A stretch of DNA of 64,000 nt from Nitrospira sp. (GCA_046350995.1 JAXLZJ010000011.1:122500-186499), one strand, 5' to 3'; counted from the stretch's first letter, positions 1 through 10,838 are shown. The notes: a model not told the origin generated them from the sequence alone. Made by a program: numbers and translations.

Positions 1-1
1 T

Positions 2-442
2 GCGGTCGCGCTCCAGCGGCTGGTGACTCGGACGGCGGTGGGCACCAAAGTCCCGGTGACGGTCGTTCGAGATGGGCATGAAAGGGACCTGACCGTGACT
101 ATCGATGAACAGCCGGATACCACGAAGATCGCGAAGGCGGAATCGTCCGAGACGGATTATGCCTTCGCCGGCTTGGCCGTTCAGGACCTAGATCGTGACA
201 CGGCCAAAGAGCTCGGTCTCAAGGGGAAGATGCAAGGCGTCGTGGTGACCGGTGTCGAACCGGACAGCGGTGCGGAGAAGGCGGGGCTCATGGCGGGCGA
301 CGTGATTCGCGAAATCAATCGCCAGCCGGTGAAGTCGGTCAAAGATTTCGAGAAAGTGTCGTCGGCCGTGAAGAAAGGCGAGAATGTGCTGATTCTGATC
401 AACCGCCGTGGAAGCTCCCTCTTTCTGACCGCGAAAATCTGA
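2..442 (+). CDS. degP: DegP/HtrA serine protease, C-terminal PDZ domains (5'-partial)
   Basis: Open from window start; PDZ-like text (GVVVTGVEPDSGAEKAGLMAGDVIREINRQPV; LLINRRGSSLFL) typical of DegP/DegQ C-terminus. Confidence 0.85.
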   Translation, partial: AVALQRLVTRTAVGTKVPVTVVRDGHERDLTVTIDEQPDTTKIAKAESSETDYAFAGLAVQDLDRDTAKELGLKGKMQGVVVTGVEPDSGAEKAGLMAGDVIREINRQPVKSVKDFEKVSSAVKKGENVLILINRRGSSLFLTAKI

Positions 443-449
443 ACGAGGG

Positions 450-481
450 CGAGGGGGTGAGGCCTGTGCTTCACCCCCTCG
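450..481. terminator. Hairpin between convergent degP and purU
   Basis: CGAGGGGGTGA-N10-TCACCCCCTCG perfect 11-bp stem; no clear U-tract. Confidence 0.6.
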
Positions 482-497
482 TACCTGCGGGCTCCTG

Positions 498-1364
498 TCA
501 GTCGAAGACCACGGTTTTGCGCCCGTAGACCAGCACGCGATGTTCGATGTGGCGTCGGACGGCGCGGGCCAGCACCACCTCTTCCAGATCGCGTCCTTTG
601 CGCACCAAGTCTTCCACAGTATCACGGTGCCCCACGCGAATGACGTCCTGTTCGATGATCGGTCCTTCGTCCAGATCTTCAGTCGCGTAATGGGCCGTGG
701 CCCCGATAATTTTCACGCCGCGATCGTAAGCCTGCCGGTAGGGATTGGCGCCGATGAAGGCGGGCAGAAACGAATGATGAATGTTGATGACGGGGCAGCC
801 TACCTGAGCCAGAAAAGACGCACTCAAAATCTGCATGTAGCGGGCCATGACGACTAACTCGACCTGGTGCTGTTTCAAGACGGACAGCACTTGCTGCTCC
901 TGCTGCGGCTTGGTCTCTTTGGTCACGGGCAGCACGACGAATGGAATCTTGAACAGGTCGGCCCAACTCGCACAGGCATCGTGATTCGATACGATGACCG
1001 GCACATCGATGTGGAGTTCGTCCCGCCGGTGGCGTTGGAGGAGGTCGGCCAGGCAGTGGTCCTGCTTGGAAACCAGCATTCCGACCCGCGTGCGCTGGGT
1101 CGACCGGTGAATTTCGTAGCGCATCTCGAAGACTTTTGCGATCGGGCCGAAGGCAGTCCCGATGTCGTCGGGCGGAATCTGGAGCCCCTCCGTGGCGAAT
1201 TCCATGCGCATGAGGAAGTCGTTCGTGTCTTCGTCGGTGTGGTGGTCAGAATCGAGAATGTTGCCGCCGAAGTCGTGAATGAAACTCGAAACGCGGGCGA
1301 CGATGCCCTTGCGGTCTTTGCAGTGGATGAGCAGCACGACGGATTCTTTACGAGCGGCGGTCAT
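498..1364 (-). CDS. purU: Formyltetrahydrofolate deformylase
   Basis: N-terminal ACT domain; INIHHSFLPAFIGANPY, GATAHY, LDEGPIIEQ motifs. Confidence 0.96.
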   Translation of the reverse strand: MTAARKESVVLLIHCKDRKGIVARVSSFIHDFGGNILDSDHHTDEDTNDFLMRMEFATEGLQIPPDDIGTAFGPIAKVFEMRYEIHRSTQRTRVGMLVSKQDHCLADLLQRHRRDELHIDVPVIVSNHDACASWADLFKIPFVVLPVTKETKPQQEQQVLSVLKQHQVELVVMARYMQILSASFLAQVGCPVINIHHSFLPAFIGANPYRQAYDRGVKIIGATAHYATEDLDEGPIIEQDVIRVGHRDTVEDLVRKGRDLEEVVLARAVRRHIEHRVLVYGRKTVVFD

Positions 1365-1425
1365 CGGTGCGTCAGTCCTTTCGTCCGGTTGTCAGCAGTA
1401 TCGCAGATCTCACGAGGGGGAACCG

Positions 1426-2838
1426 CTACGGGACAATGTGCCCCACCAGATCGTAGGTGGCCGCATCAGTCACCTCGACTGTCACGAGGTCGCCCGGGCG
1501 CGCCTCGCCGTCGTTGATGTATACGACACCGTCGATTTCCGGCGCCAGGCCTTCGTGACGACCTTCGAGGAGCAGCGGGGTTTCTTCGGACGGCCCGTCA
1601 ACCAAGACAGTCATCCGTGAACCGATCCGTTCCCGTCCCTTCGCAGCCGCGATTTGCTCTTGAATCGCCAGGAGCTCGTTCCGTCGTTCTTCCATCAGCG
1701 CGCGCTCAATTTTCCCGTCGAGCGACAGGGCGGTCGTGTCTTCTTCGTCCGAATAGAGGAACACGGCGACCCGGTCGAATTCTGTCTCGGTAATATACGT
1801 TTTGAGCTCCTGGAAGGCTTCTTCCGTTTCGCCAGGGAACCCCACGATAAACGCCGTCCGGAAGGCGACGCCGGGAATCCGTTTCCGGATGCGCCTCACA
1901 AGCTTGTCGATCGCCGCGCGGTCGCCGAGCCGATGCATGCGCTTCAACATCCGGTCGTTGATGTGCTGGAGCGGCATGTCGATATATTTCGTGATCTTCT
2001 CCTCGCCCGCGTACAGATCCAGCAGCGAATCGGTGACCTGTTGCGGGTACAGATAGAACGGCCTGATCCAGTGCAGGCCGTTCACCCCGACCAGGCCCTT
2101 GAGCAAGGTTTCCAATCCGTGGCGCAGGCCGAGATCGACGCCGTAGTTGATCGTGTCCTGCGAGATCAGATTGACTTCTTTCACGCCTTCGGCCGCGAGC
2201 CGTTCCGCCTCCGCCAGGATCGACTCGACGGGGCGGCTGCGCTGTTTCCCGCGCATGATCGGGATGGCGCAGAAGGCGCAGTTGCGGTTGCAGCCTTCGG
2301 CGATCTTCACATAGGCGCTGTGAGGTTTTCCTAAACGCAGGCGGGGTGCCTCCGCGTCGTACAGATACGGCGGTTCGCTGACCCACAGCCGCTGGTGCCG
2401 TTTTTTGGGCGTCAGGAGGTCGCGGCAGATTCGGGCGATCTTGCCGAACTCGCCCGTACCGACCACGCCGTCGAGTTCGGGCAGCTCTTTGAGCAAATCA
2501 CCCTGGTAGCGCTGGGCCAGGCAGCCCGCTGCGATGAGGACTCGGCACGTGCCCTTCTTTTTGAGCTTGCCGTGCTCCAGAATCGTATTGATCGATTCCT
2601 GCTTGGCTTCCTCAATGAAGCCGCACGTATTGATGATGACAACTTCGGCCTTTTTTGGGTCGCCGGTCAGTTCGAAGCCATCTTGTACGAGCGTGCCCAA
2701 CATCAGCTCCGAATCGACCTGATTTTTCGAGCACCCGAGATTGACAAAGCCGATCCTGGTCTTGGCGGAAGTGGACTTTCCCTGTGCGGTCTTCTTGGCC
2801 GGCTTCTTCCGGTCGAGCTGAATCAATGAGGATGACAT
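1426..2838 (-). CDS. rimO: Ribosomal protein S12 methylthiotransferase
   Basis: LGCSKNQVDSE, NTCGFI, radical-SAM CNRNCAFC, C-terminal TRAM; start placed at ATG 2838 from promoter geometry (track start 2847). Confidence 0.95.
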   Translation of the reverse strand: MSSSLIQLDRKKPAKKTAQGKSTSAKTRIGFVNLGCSKNQVDSELMLGTLVQDGFELTGDPKKAEVVIINTCGFIEEAKQESINTILEHGKLKKKGTCRVLIAAGCLAQRYQGDLLKELPELDGVVGTGEFGKIARICRDLLTPKKRHQRLWVSEPPYLYDAEAPRLRLGKPHSAYVKIAEGCNRNCAFCAIPIMRGKQRSRPVESILAEAERLAAEGVKEVNLISQDTINYGVDLGLRHGLETLLKGLVGVNGLHWIRPFYLYPQQVTDSLLDLYAGEEKITKYIDMPLQHINDRMLKRMHRLGDRAAIDKLVRRIRKRIPGVAFRTAFIVGFPGETEEAFQELKTYITETEFDRVAVFLYSDEEDTTALSLDGKIERALMEERRNELLAIQEQIAAAKGRERIGSRMTVLVDGPSEETPLLLEGRHEGLAPEIDGVVYINDGEARPGDLVTVEVTDAATYDLVGHIVP

Positions 2839-2845
2839 GTCGGGC

Positions 2846-2916
2846 ATCCTACGGGAGGCTTGAAAAGCCTGTCAACGAGCGAGCGCTTGCTATTCCGCGG
2901 CCGCTTCGCCTAGAGT
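2846..2916. promoter_or_regulatory. Divergent sigma70-type promoter pair (rimO / gamma-CA)
   Basis: Minus: TTGACA(2875-2870)-N18-TAGGAT(2851-2846)-7 nt-ATG; plus: TTGCTA(2887-2892)-N18-TAGAGT(2911-2916)-7 nt-GTG. Confidence 0.65.
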
Positions 2917-2923
2917 GCGCGGC

Positions 2924-3460
2924 GTGATTCGCACCTATCAAGGCATCAAGCCGACCATTCCAGCATCCTGCTTCGTCGAAGATACCGCCGTCGTGATCGG
3001 CGACGTCGTGATGGGCGAAGACTGCAGCGTCTGGTTCAATGCCGTGATCCGGGGGGACGTCCACTATATCCGCATCGGCGACCGGACGAATGTGCAGGAT
3101 CTCTGCATGCTCCACGTCACGCACGACACTCATCCCCTTCTCATCGGGAACGAAGTGACCGTCGGCCATCATGTCGTGCTGCACGGCTGTACGATCAAAG
3201 ATCGGGTCCTGGTGGGGATGGGGGCGATCGTCATGGACGGTGCCGTGATCGGGGAAGACTCCGTGGTCGGTGCCGGCGCGCTAGTGACGGAGGGCACGAT
3301 CGTGCCGCCGAAGAGCGTGATTCTCGGGTCGCCGGGGCGAATCCGCCGTTCGGTGACGGAGGCGGAACTGGCCTGGATCAAAGAGTCCGCCGGCAACTAC
3401 GTCCGTTACTCCCGCACCTACATGAGTGATCCGCTGAAACCGACCGGCTTTGTCCCGTAG
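2924..3460 (+). CDS. Gamma-class carbonic anhydrase family (YrdA-like) hexapeptide-repeat protein
   Basis: VIGDV..GEDCSVWFNAVIRGD, NVQD..LH, GH..VLHGC motifs; start GTG 2924 or 2915. Confidence 0.92.
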   Translation: MIRTYQGIKPTIPASCFVEDTAVVIGDVVMGEDCSVWFNAVIRGDVHYIRIGDRTNVQDLCMLHVTHDTHPLLIGNEVTVGHHVVLHGCTIKDRVLVGMGAIVMDGAVIGEDSVVGAGALVTEGTIVPPKSVILGSPGRIRRSVTEAELAWIKESAGNYVRYSRTYMSDPLKPTGFVP

Positions 3461-3483
3461 GCGTTCCCGCCGCCCTGTCTTGT

Positions 3484-4179
3484 TTACTCGTTTCCGACAT
3501 GGATAAAACAGATCGGATCGCCGACGAGCGCGGTGTCGTACTGCCGCCGTTCGACGCGATAGGGAATGCCCTTGCGATGGCACCAGTCCGCGATCCAAAC
3601 CACTTCTTCGACCGAAGTTGTGACCAAGCCGGGGCGCGCCAGTTTCGGCATGCAGCGATCGACGATCGCGCGGACGATCTGGCGCTGCCGTTCGAATCGT
3701 GAGGGATTGAAGGTCACCGGGTCCACATTCCCATAGGACAGCGGCGACAGGTCGGGAAACCGCTCCGGGTCATTGAGCACGCTCACGATCCAGAGGTGAT
3801 CAAACCGGCCTCGCGCGACCGAGGCGTCGCGGGCATGAAAGCGGACCGGCAGACTCCGACAAGCTCGATTGAGCACAGCCACTTCGCGGCGGCGCAAATT
3901 GTAGGGTTCGACCGCTCGATCCAGATCGAGCGGTTCCATCAGCAGCATCGGCAGTTCCGCGACTCCGGCACCGACGTACAGGCTGCGGCCTCCGGTCGCC
4001 AGATGTCGTCGGAGTGCATTCGCAATGACCACTCCGAGCCGCTGACTGGGACCGCGTTTCGCCCGCCAGAATTCATCACCGCCCTCATAACAGTAGACCG
4101 GTCCGAGGGTTTTATAGTCAAGTTGCGCGAATACATGCGCAATGGTTGAGCGTGTCGCGCGCGAGATGGTCGTGGGCAT
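3484..4179 (-). CDS. Hypothetical protein, possible SAM-methyltransferase-like fold
   Basis: TAATG overlap with upstream M28 gene; LYVGAGVAE resembles SAM motif I. Confidence 0.6.
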   Translation of the reverse strand: MPTTISRATRSTIAHVFAQLDYKTLGPVYCYEGGDEFWRAKRGPSQRLGVVIANALRRHLATGGRSLYVGAGVAELPMLLMEPLDLDRAVEPYNLRRREVAVLNRACRSLPVRFHARDASVARGRFDHLWIVSVLNDPERFPDLSPLSYGNVDPVTFNPSRFERQRQIVRAIVDRCMPKLARPGLVTTSVEEVVWIADWCHRKGIPYRVERRQYDTALVGDPICFIHVGNE

Positions 4180-5033
4180 TAGGACATCCCCTGGGTGGAA
4201 GTACAAGCCAGTACGCCGGCGGTGACGGCATCGGCGACGGACGACAGGAATGCGAGATTGACGCTCTCGATGGTGTCGGTCGGCCGGTGATAATGGGGAT
4301 TACGGAAATTCGCCGTGTCGGTGATCATGATGGCCGGGAATCCCCCTTCCCAAAATGCGGTGTGATCGCTGCGCCTCGTATCGGGCAACAGCTCTCCGTT
4401 GCCCGGCACGACCAACGGGATTACCGGTACGCTGTGACGCATAGCCTCCGTCAGGCGTGTGGTTAAGGGTGCGGATTGTTGGTTGCCGATCACCGCGAGA
4501 AAGTTCCCGACCGTGGGCACGGCGACGGGAATGCCCGGCGGGATTTGCTGCGTTCCCTCCCGGTCGCTCGCGCAGCCGACACATTCGAGGACGATCGCAC
4601 CGTGCACAACTTGCCTGGTCGCCAGCAAGTGCGAGACGTAGGCCCGGCTGCCCAGTAAGTTTTCCTCCTCCAGACAGAAGGCGATGAACCGGACCGGCCG
4701 GATGAGTTTGATCCCCGTAATCCGACGGGCCACCTCGATCAGGACGACCAACCCGCTGGCGTTGTCATCCGCGCCGGGTGAGCCTTCCACTGTATCGTAA
4801 TGGGCTGCGAGAATCAGCGGCGCGGCCATCTGATCGGCAGATGCCGGGGTCGTGCCGATCACATTCTCGTACGATTCCCCCCAGGCCTCGAAGCGGTGTT
4901 CGGTGACGTCCAATCCGGCGGCGGAGAAATGCTGCGACAGATAGCGAGCGGTGTCCCGCAAGGCGATCGGGGCCGTTCGGGGATGACGCTCGCGTGCGAG
5001 CGCGGTCAGGTGCGTGCCGATCGTATCGCCCAT
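4179..5033 (-). CDS. M28 family metallopeptidase
   Basis: AHYDT, PGADDNASG, EEENLLGS, RSDH, YH..TD motifs. Confidence 0.9.
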   Translation of the reverse strand: MGDTIGTHLTALARERHPRTAPIALRDTARYLSQHFSAAGLDVTEHRFEAWGESYENVIGTTPASADQMAAPLILAAHYDTVEGSPGADDNASGLVVLIEVARRITGIKLIRPVRFIAFCLEEENLLGSRAYVSHLLATRQVVHGAIVLECVGCASDREGTQQIPPGIPVAVPTVGNFLAVIGNQQSAPLTTRLTEAMRHSVPVIPLVVPGNGELLPDTRRSDHTAFWEGGFPAIMITDTANFRNPHYHRPTDTIESVNLAFLSSVADAVTAGVLACTSTQGMS

Positions 5034-5045
5034 AGGTCGGGCCGC

Positions 5046-5939
5046 CTACGACACGATCTCGGTGCCGATGCCCTTGCGCGTAAAGATTTCCAGCAGGATG
5101 GCGTGGGGAATCCGGCCGTCGATGATGTGGGCCTTGCCGGCCCCGCCGGCCAGCGCGTCGAGACAGGCCTGGACCTTGGGCAGCATGCCCTCGCCGATGA
5201 CGCCTTTCTTGACCATGCGCTGCACGTCTTTCCGTGAGACGGTGGACAGGTGGCGGCTCTTGGCGTCGCGGATGCCTTTCACGTCGGTCATCATCACCAG
5301 CTTCTCCGCATGGAGCGATGCCGCGATGGCCCCGGCGACGAGGTCGGCGTTGATATTGTAAGTGTTACCTTCCCGATCCGTGCCGATAGGCGCGATCACG
5401 GGAATGTAGTGGTCCTGCTGCAGTTTGAGTACGAGGCTGGGATCGACTGACTGGACCTCCCCGACGAGCCCGAAGTCGCCTTCGTCGTCACCCTCCAAGT
5501 CCTTCCCCAAACTCTCGGCCCAGGCCTTCGCGGTAAGCGGTCGCGCCAGAATCAGCCCGCCGTCCTTTCCGCTCAATCCGACGGACCGCGCCCCATGGCG
5601 ATTCAACAGATCGACGATCTCCATGTTGATCTTCCCGGCCAGTACCATCTCGACGATTTCCATCGTCGCTTCGTCCGTCACCCGGACGCCGTGGCGGAAT
5701 TTGGCCTGGATGTTCAGGCGAGTAAGCATCTTATCGATTTGCGGCCCGCCGCCGTGGACGATGACGGGATTCAGTCCAACATATTTCAACAGAACGATGT
5801 CTTCTGCGAACCGCTCTTTGAGCGCGTTCTCCGTCATGGCGTGGCCGCCGTACTTAATGACGACGGTCTTGCCTCGGAACGTCCGGATGTAAGGCAGCGC
5901 TTCGATCAGGATATTGGCTTTCTTAATCAGACGATTCAT
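5046..5939 (-). CDS. argB: Acetylglutamate kinase
   Basis: VIKYGGHAM, VHGGGPQI, YNINAD, GMLPKV motifs. Confidence 0.97.
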   Translation of the reverse strand: MNRLIKKANILIEALPYIRTFRGKTVVIKYGGHAMTENALKERFAEDIVLLKYVGLNPVIVHGGGPQIDKMLTRLNIQAKFRHGVRVTDEATMEIVEMVLAGKINMEIVDLLNRHGARSVGLSGKDGGLILARPLTAKAWAESLGKDLEGDDEGDFGLVGEVQSVDPSLVLKLQQDHYIPVIAPIGTDREGNTYNINADLVAGAIAASLHAEKLVMMTDVKGIRDAKSRHLSTVSRKDVQRMVKKGVIGEGMLPKVQACLDALAGGAGKAHIIDGRIPHAILLEIFTRKGIGTEIVS

Positions 5940-5958
5940 GGGCGGCTCCTGTCGTTCG

Positions 5959-7347
5959 TCAGAGAATGTAGCGGCTCAAATCCTGATCTTTAACCACGTC
6001 TTTCAATCGGTCGTGCACATAGTCGGCGGTGACGGACACGGTTTTCTCTGGCCATTCCGGCCCCTCGAAAGAAATCTGCTCCAGTAACCGCTCCATGATC
6101 GTGAAGAGTCGCCGGGCGCCGATGTTTTCCGTCCGTTCGTTGACCTGGACTGCAAGCTGGGCGATTTCGTCCAAGCCGTCACGGGTAAAGTCGACCGTCA
6201 GCCCTTCCGTCGCCAGCAGCGCCTGATATTGCCGGACGAGCGCGCCGCGCGGTTCGGTCAGAATGCGGACGAAATCGTCTTTCGTCAACGGGCTCAACTC
6301 CACCCGGATCGGGAACCGGCCTTGGAGTTCCGGAATCAGGTCCGAGGGTTTTGCCACGTGAAAGGCGCCGGCTGCAATGAATAAAATGTGGTCGGTAGCG
6401 ACCGGCCCGTGTTTGGTGTTGACCGTACAGCCCTCCACGATCGGCAGCAGATCGCGCTGGACCCCTTCCCGCGAGACGTCCGGCCCCGCCGACCGTTCGC
6501 GGCCCGCGATCTTATCAATTTCATCCAGAAACACAATCCCGGTTTGTTCGACTTTGACGATCGCCTCGCGGACGACCTCGTCCATGTCGATGAGTTTCTG
6601 GGCTTCTTCCTGAACGAGGTGTTTAAGCGCCTCCTGGATTTTCATCCGCCGTTTCTTCCTCTTGCCCTGCAACATGCCGCCGAGCATATCCTGGAGGTTG
6701 TTCTGCAAATCGTCCAGCCCGCCCATGTTCGAGATAACGCCGATGGGGAGACCCCGCTCTTTTACGTCCAACTCGACGGTGCGTTCGTCCAGCTTGCCGT
6801 CGCGCAACTGCAGCCGCAATTTTGATTTGGTGGTCTCGTAAGAATCCTGGCTGGCCGGTGGGGAGGTATCGGGCGGCGAGTCGAAGCTCGACGGGCGAGG
6901 CGGGGGCGGCGGCAACAACAGATCGAGCAACCGGTCTTCGGCGTGCTGTTCGGCCTTCTGCTGCACCGCGTCCATGCGGCTCGATTTCACCATGTTGATG
7001 GCGAGTTCTGTCAGATCGCGCACGATGGACTCGACATCGCGACCGACGTACCCCACCTCGGTGAATTTCGACGCTTCGACCTTGATGAACGGCGCCTGTG
7101 CGAGCTTCGCCAGGCGGCGGGCGATTTCTGTCTTCCCGACGCCGGTAGGCCCGATCATGATGATGTTCTTGGGCATGACTTCGTCACGCAGCTCCGGCGA
7201 GAGTTGCTGTCGCCGCCAGCGGTTGCGTAAGGCGATCGCGACCATCCGCTTCGCGTCTTTCTGGCCGATGACGTAGCGGTTCAGTTCTTCGACGATCTGG
7301 CGCGGCGTGAGTCCGTTCACATTGAGGGACGTCGGGTCGGTAGTCAT
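5959..7347 (-). CDS. hslU: ATP-dependent protease ATPase subunit
   Basis: [42 protein letters not shown]. Confidence 0.98.
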   Translation of the reverse strand: MTTDPTSLNVNGLTPRQIVEELNRYVIGQKDAKRMVAIALRNRWRRQQLSPELRDEVMPKNIIMIGPTGVGKTEIARRLAKLAQAPFIKVEASKFTEVGYVGRDVESIVRDLTELAINMVKSSRMDAVQQKAEQHAEDRLLDLLLPPPPPRPSSFDSPPDTSPPASQDSYETTKSKLRLQLRDGKLDERTVELDVKERGLPIGVISNMGGLDDLQNNLQDMLGGMLQGKRKKRRMKIQEALKHLVQEEAQKLIDMDEVVREAIVKVEQTGIVFLDEIDKIAGRERSAGPDVSREGVQRDLLPIVEGCTVNTKHGPVATDHILFIAAGAFHVAKPSDLIPELQGRFPIRVELSPLTKDDFVRILTEPRGALVRQYQALLATEGLTVDFTRDGLDEIAQLAVQVNERTENIGARRLFTIMERLLEQISFEGPEWPEKTVSVTADYVHDRLKDVVKDQDLSRYIL

Positions 7348-7884
7348 CTAGCCTCGTAGTTCCTCGACGATGATCTGCTGGTTTGTATAGATGTCGATGG
7401 CCCCGGCGATCGTCATGGCCTCGCGCACGATAACCGGCGCAGTCAACGAAGAGTGGGCGAGCAACGCACGGGCGGCCGACAGGGCATAGGGGCCGCCGGA
7501 GCCGATGGCAAGAATGCCATCCTCCGGCTCCACCACGTCGCCGGTGCCGGAGATGATGAATGATTGGTCGCGTCCCGCCACGGCGAGCAGCGCCTCCAGG
7601 CGGCGCAGTACGCGGTCCGTCCGCCAGTCTTTGGCGAGTTCGACCGCGGCTCTGGTCAAGTTGCCGCGATACTCCTCCAGCTTGCTTTCGAATTTTTCAA
7701 ACAGGGTAAAGGCGTCGGCGGTGGCGCCGGCGAATCCGGCCAGCACCTGGTCGTGGTGCAGACGCCGAAGTTTCTTGGCGTTGTGTTTCATCACCGTGGT
7801 GCCGACAGTGACTTGTCCGTCGCAGCCCATGGCCACGGTCCCGTCGCGGCGTACACATAAAATGGTTGTGGAGCGAATTCTCAT
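7348..7884 (-). CDS. hslV: ATP-dependent protease peptidase subunit
   Basis: TTIL N-terminal Thr nucleophile, [22 protein letters not shown]. Confidence 0.98.
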   Translation of the reverse strand: MRIRSTTILCVRRDGTVAMGCDGQVTVGTTVMKHNAKKLRRLHHDQVLAGFAGATADAFTLFEKFESKLEEYRGNLTRAAVELAKDWRTDRVLRRLEALLAVAGRDQSFIISGTGDVVEPEDGILAIGSGGPYALSAARALLAHSSLTAPVIVREAMTIAGAIDIYTNQQIIVEELRG

Positions 7885-8822
7885 GAGGGGATCGTGTCCT
7901 TTCGCGGCACGGGCGTTCCCGACGTCTTGGCGCGGGGATGGGCGCGGTCGTACACGGCCATCAGTTGATCGGTGGCCAGGTGTGTGTACTTTTGCGTCGT
8001 GCTCAATGAGGCGTGGCCCAGCATTTCCTGGATCGAACGCAAGTCGGCTCCTTCGTCCAGCAAGTGCGTGGCATAGGAGTGACGGAGCGCGTGGGGACTG
8101 ACGGGGCCGCCCGATAGCCGGCTGGAGTAGCGGGCGACCAGTCGAGCCACACTGCGGGTCGTCAGCCGGCCGCCGCGATAGTTCAGAAACAGCGGCATGG
8201 AGGGGGCCGCCTCGCGCGCGGGCGGCGGTAAGGAGGTACGATAGGCGCGGATTGCCTGCAGTGCAATGTCGCCGATCGGGACGATTCGTTCCTTCCGGCC
8301 TTTGCCGTGAAGATGTACGAGTCCGTCGGTCTGATTCACATCCCCGAGATTCAACCCGACGACTTCACTGACACGGGCTCCGGTCGAGTAGAGAGTTTCG
8401 AGCAAGGCACGGTCCCGCCGCGTCAGTGCCGTACTCGTGGTGGGGAATTCCATCAGCGCATTGGCGTCGTCTTTTGTGAGGACGCGCGGCAGCGGTTTGG
8501 GCAGTTTCGGGCTCCGGATGTCTTCAGCCGGATTCGCCGCTACCGTGCCTTCTCGGACATGGAAGCGGAAAAAACTTCTGATGCAGGCCAGTTTTCGAGC
8601 TAGGGATGTGGCTTTCTCGCCTTTGCGGTCAAGCCAATGCAAGTAGGCACGCACTGCCTCACCGGTGACGTCGGGTGTTTGAACAGCATGAGGCGGTTGC
8701 TCCCGCTGTGCGAGAAATACCGCGAGTTGGGTCAGATCCGATCGGTAATTGCGGATGGTCTCCGGGGAGGCGTGGCGCTCCACTTCGAGAAATGTCACGA
8801 AAGCGCGGATTGCGTCATCCAT
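7881..8822 (-). CDS. xerC: Tyrosine recombinase XerC
   Basis: R(TGAR)-K-HALRH-LGH-TQKY catalytic set; conserved trmFO-xerC-hslVU context; start at MDDAIRAF (8822). Confidence 0.9.
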   Translation of the reverse strand: MDDAIRAFVTFLEVERHASPETIRNYRSDLTQLAVFLAQREQPPHAVQTPDVTGEAVRAYLHWLDRKGEKATSLARKLACIRSFFRFHVREGTVAANPAEDIRSPKLPKPLPRVLTKDDANALMEFPTTSTALTRRDRALLETLYSTGARVSEVVGLNLGDVNQTDGLVHLHGKGRKERIVPIGDIALQAIRAYRTSLPPPAREAAPSMPLFLNYRGGRLTTRSVARLVARYSSRLSGGPVSPHALRHSYATHLLDEGADLRSIQEMLGHASLSTTQKYTHLATDQLMAVYDRAHPRAKTSGTPVPRKDTIPS

Positions 8823-10111
8823 GTCTCGAAGTCCTCGCGCGCCCGTTGGGCAATGAGCTGCCGCTTTTTGTCTTTGTCTCTCGGTGGATGGGCCAACGGT
8901 GGGAACAGACCGAAGTTGGTGTTCATCGGCTGGAAGTGCCGGGGATCCGATCCGGAAACGTGTCCGATCAAACAACCGTGCGCCGTGGTCGATGGCGGTG
9001 TCACGAGCGGCAGGCCCGCTAGCATCCGGGACGCATTAATCCCCGCGAGTCCACCCATGGCTGCGGACTCCGTATAGCCTTCGACACCAACCAATTGGCC
9101 TGCGAAAAACAAGGTTGCCCGCGCCTTGCATTGGAGTGTGTTCAGGAGGATCTGCGGTGAATTGATGAACGTGTTCCGGTGGAGACTTCCGTAGCGGAGA
9201 AATTCGGCTTGCTCCAGTCCGGGAATCATGCGGAAGACGCGCTTCTGCTCCGGGTAGGTCAGCTTGGTCTGGAATCCGACGAGGTTGTAGCAGGTCCGGT
9301 GCACGTTTTCAGTCCGGAGCTGTACGACGGCCGCCGGTCTGGCGCCGGTACGAGGGTCCACGAGACCGACCGGTTTCATCGGGCCGAACGCCAGTGTTTG
9401 CCGGCCGCGCTCGGCCATGACCTCGATCGGAATGCAGGCCTCGAAGTAGGGCGTTTTCTCGAATTCCTTCGGGTGAACTTTCTCCGCCGCCATCAGGGCG
9501 GCGTAGAACGCGTTGTACTGGGCCTCGGTCATCGGACAATTCAGATAATCATCCCCGCCCTTGTTGTAGCGCGAGGCCGCGAAGGCGACGTCCATGTCGA
9601 TCGAATCGGCGTCGACGATAGGTGAAATCGCGTCGAAAAAGAACAGGTGCTGCGATTGCGTCACGGTCCGAATCGATTGGGACAGTTTCTCGGACGTCAG
9701 CGGCCCGGTCGCGACGATGCAGAGACAGTCGGCCGGAATATTCGGGATTTCTTCGTGAAGGATTCTGACATTCGGATGGCTTTCGAGGGCCTGGGTGATC
9801 TTCTGCGAGAAAACATCGCGATCCACCGCCAGGGCCGAGCCGGCCGGCACCCGAGCCAGCCGCGCCGACTCGATAATCAGTGAACCGAGCCGCCCCATCT
9901 CCTCTTTGAGAATGCCGGGCGCGTTGAGCGGATCGAGGGAGCCCAGTGAATTGGAACAGACCAATTCGGCCAGGCCGCCGGTCTTGTGCGCCGGCGTCAT
10001 TTCCTTGGGGCGCATCTCGTAAAGCGCGACTTTCGCTCCGCGATTCGCTGCCTGCCACGCGGCCTCTGAGCCGGCCAGCCCCCCCCCGATGACGACGATA
10101 TCCCCTCTCAT
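8795..10111 (-). CDS. trmFO: tRNA (uracil-54) folate-dependent methyltransferase
   Basis: GGGLAGSEAAWQ, ELVCSNS, GPMKPVGL, GVEGY.ESAA. Confidence 0.97.
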   Translation of the reverse strand: MRGDIVVIGGGLAGSEAAWQAANRGAKVALYEMRPKEMTPAHKTGGLAELVCSNSLGSLDPLNAPGILKEEMGRLGSLIIESARLARVPAGSALAVDRDVFSQKITQALESHPNVRILHEEIPNIPADCLCIVATGPLTSEKLSQSIRTVTQSQHLFFFDAISPIVDADSIDMDVAFAASRYNKGGDDYLNCPMTEAQYNAFYAALMAAEKVHPKEFEKTPYFEACIPIEVMAERGRQTLAFGPMKPVGLVDPRTGARPAAVVQLRTENVHRTCYNLVGFQTKLTYPEQKRVFRMIPGLEQAEFLRYGSLHRNTFINSPQILLNTLQCKARATLFFAGQLVGVEGYTESAAMGGLAGINASRMLAGLPLVTPPSTTAHGCLIGHVSGSDPRHFQPMNTNFGLFPPLAHPPRDKDKKRQLIAQRAREDFETWMTQSALS

Positions 10112-10204
10112 ACCCGATGCCAGCCTCCTCAAGGGCAATAGAAGGTCGCATTCTAGCAGGATGTTGAAAATGTCTGCCAGCCGTGCCGGGCATCCAGGGA
10201 CCGA

Positions 10205-10234
10205 TTGAACGCGCGCCTGGCCCCATGCTAGACT
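10205..10234 (+). promoter_or_regulatory. sigma70-type promoter of tRNA-Val(CAC)
   Basis: TTGAAC-N18-(TGC)TAGACT. Confidence 0.6.
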
Positions 10235-10245
10235 CCCCAGCCGAT

Positions 10246-10320
10246 GGGCGATTAGCTCAGTGGTAGAGCGCTTCCTTCACACGGAAGAGGCCACAGGTTC
10301 GATACCTGTATCGCCCACCA
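10246..10320 (+). tRNA. tRNA-Val(CAC)
   Basis: GGGCGATTAGCTCAGTGGTAGAGCG...CTTCC-TTCACAC-GGAAG...GGTTCGATACC...CGCCCACCA; CCA encoded. Confidence 0.98.
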
Positions 10321-10475
10321 TCCCTCTCCTGTGTGTATTTCCTCCTTTCATAAGCCTGATATCGGAGGTGAAGAAACCCCCAGTTCCTGGACAGAAATCG
10401 GGTTGTCGGCTACACTTCCCCTGTATTCGGCGATTTGGAATGACCATCCGAGAAACGAACAAAGCGAGGTTGGAC

Positions 10476-10811
10476 ATGAAAGCGATGATCTGGGCGGCGG
10501 GGATGGTTCTCACGGCGGTCTTGGCAACAGGGTGCAGCACCCCCCAGCAAAACATAACCGCTGACAGTGAATATACTCCTCCGACGAGCATTTACAATAT
10601 TCTCGACAGCACAGCCTTGGTGTATTCAGATCCAGCGGCAGGGGCGGCAATAAACGACCATCCGCTTCGTTGGCTCGGGTTCCTGCTCCATCCGGTAGGA
10701 CACGCGCTTGATTACGGGGTCAATCGTCCCGCCTACACGTTGGGGGGATCGTTTCCCTATCTGTTCGGGTACACCGCTGAGGATGCGATGGTGAACGCAC
10801 AGCGTCGCTGA
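10476..10811 (+). CDS. Hypothetical lipoprotein (111 aa)
   Basis: GAGG RBS, signal peptide with lipobox LATGC, followed by terminator. Confidence 0.75.
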   Translation: MKAMIWAAGMVLTAVLATGCSTPQQNITADSEYTPPTSIYNILDSTALVYSDPAAGAAINDHPLRWLGFLLHPVGHALDYGVNRPAYTLGGSFPYLFGYTAEDAMVNAQRR

Positions 10812-10838
10812 CGCTCGGTCGTTCGTCTCCGGACCCTG

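Noticed and set aside
7881-8822. Tyrosine recombinase as a mobile-element integrase
   Set aside because: Conserved trmFO-xerC-hslVU context indicates housekeeping XerC
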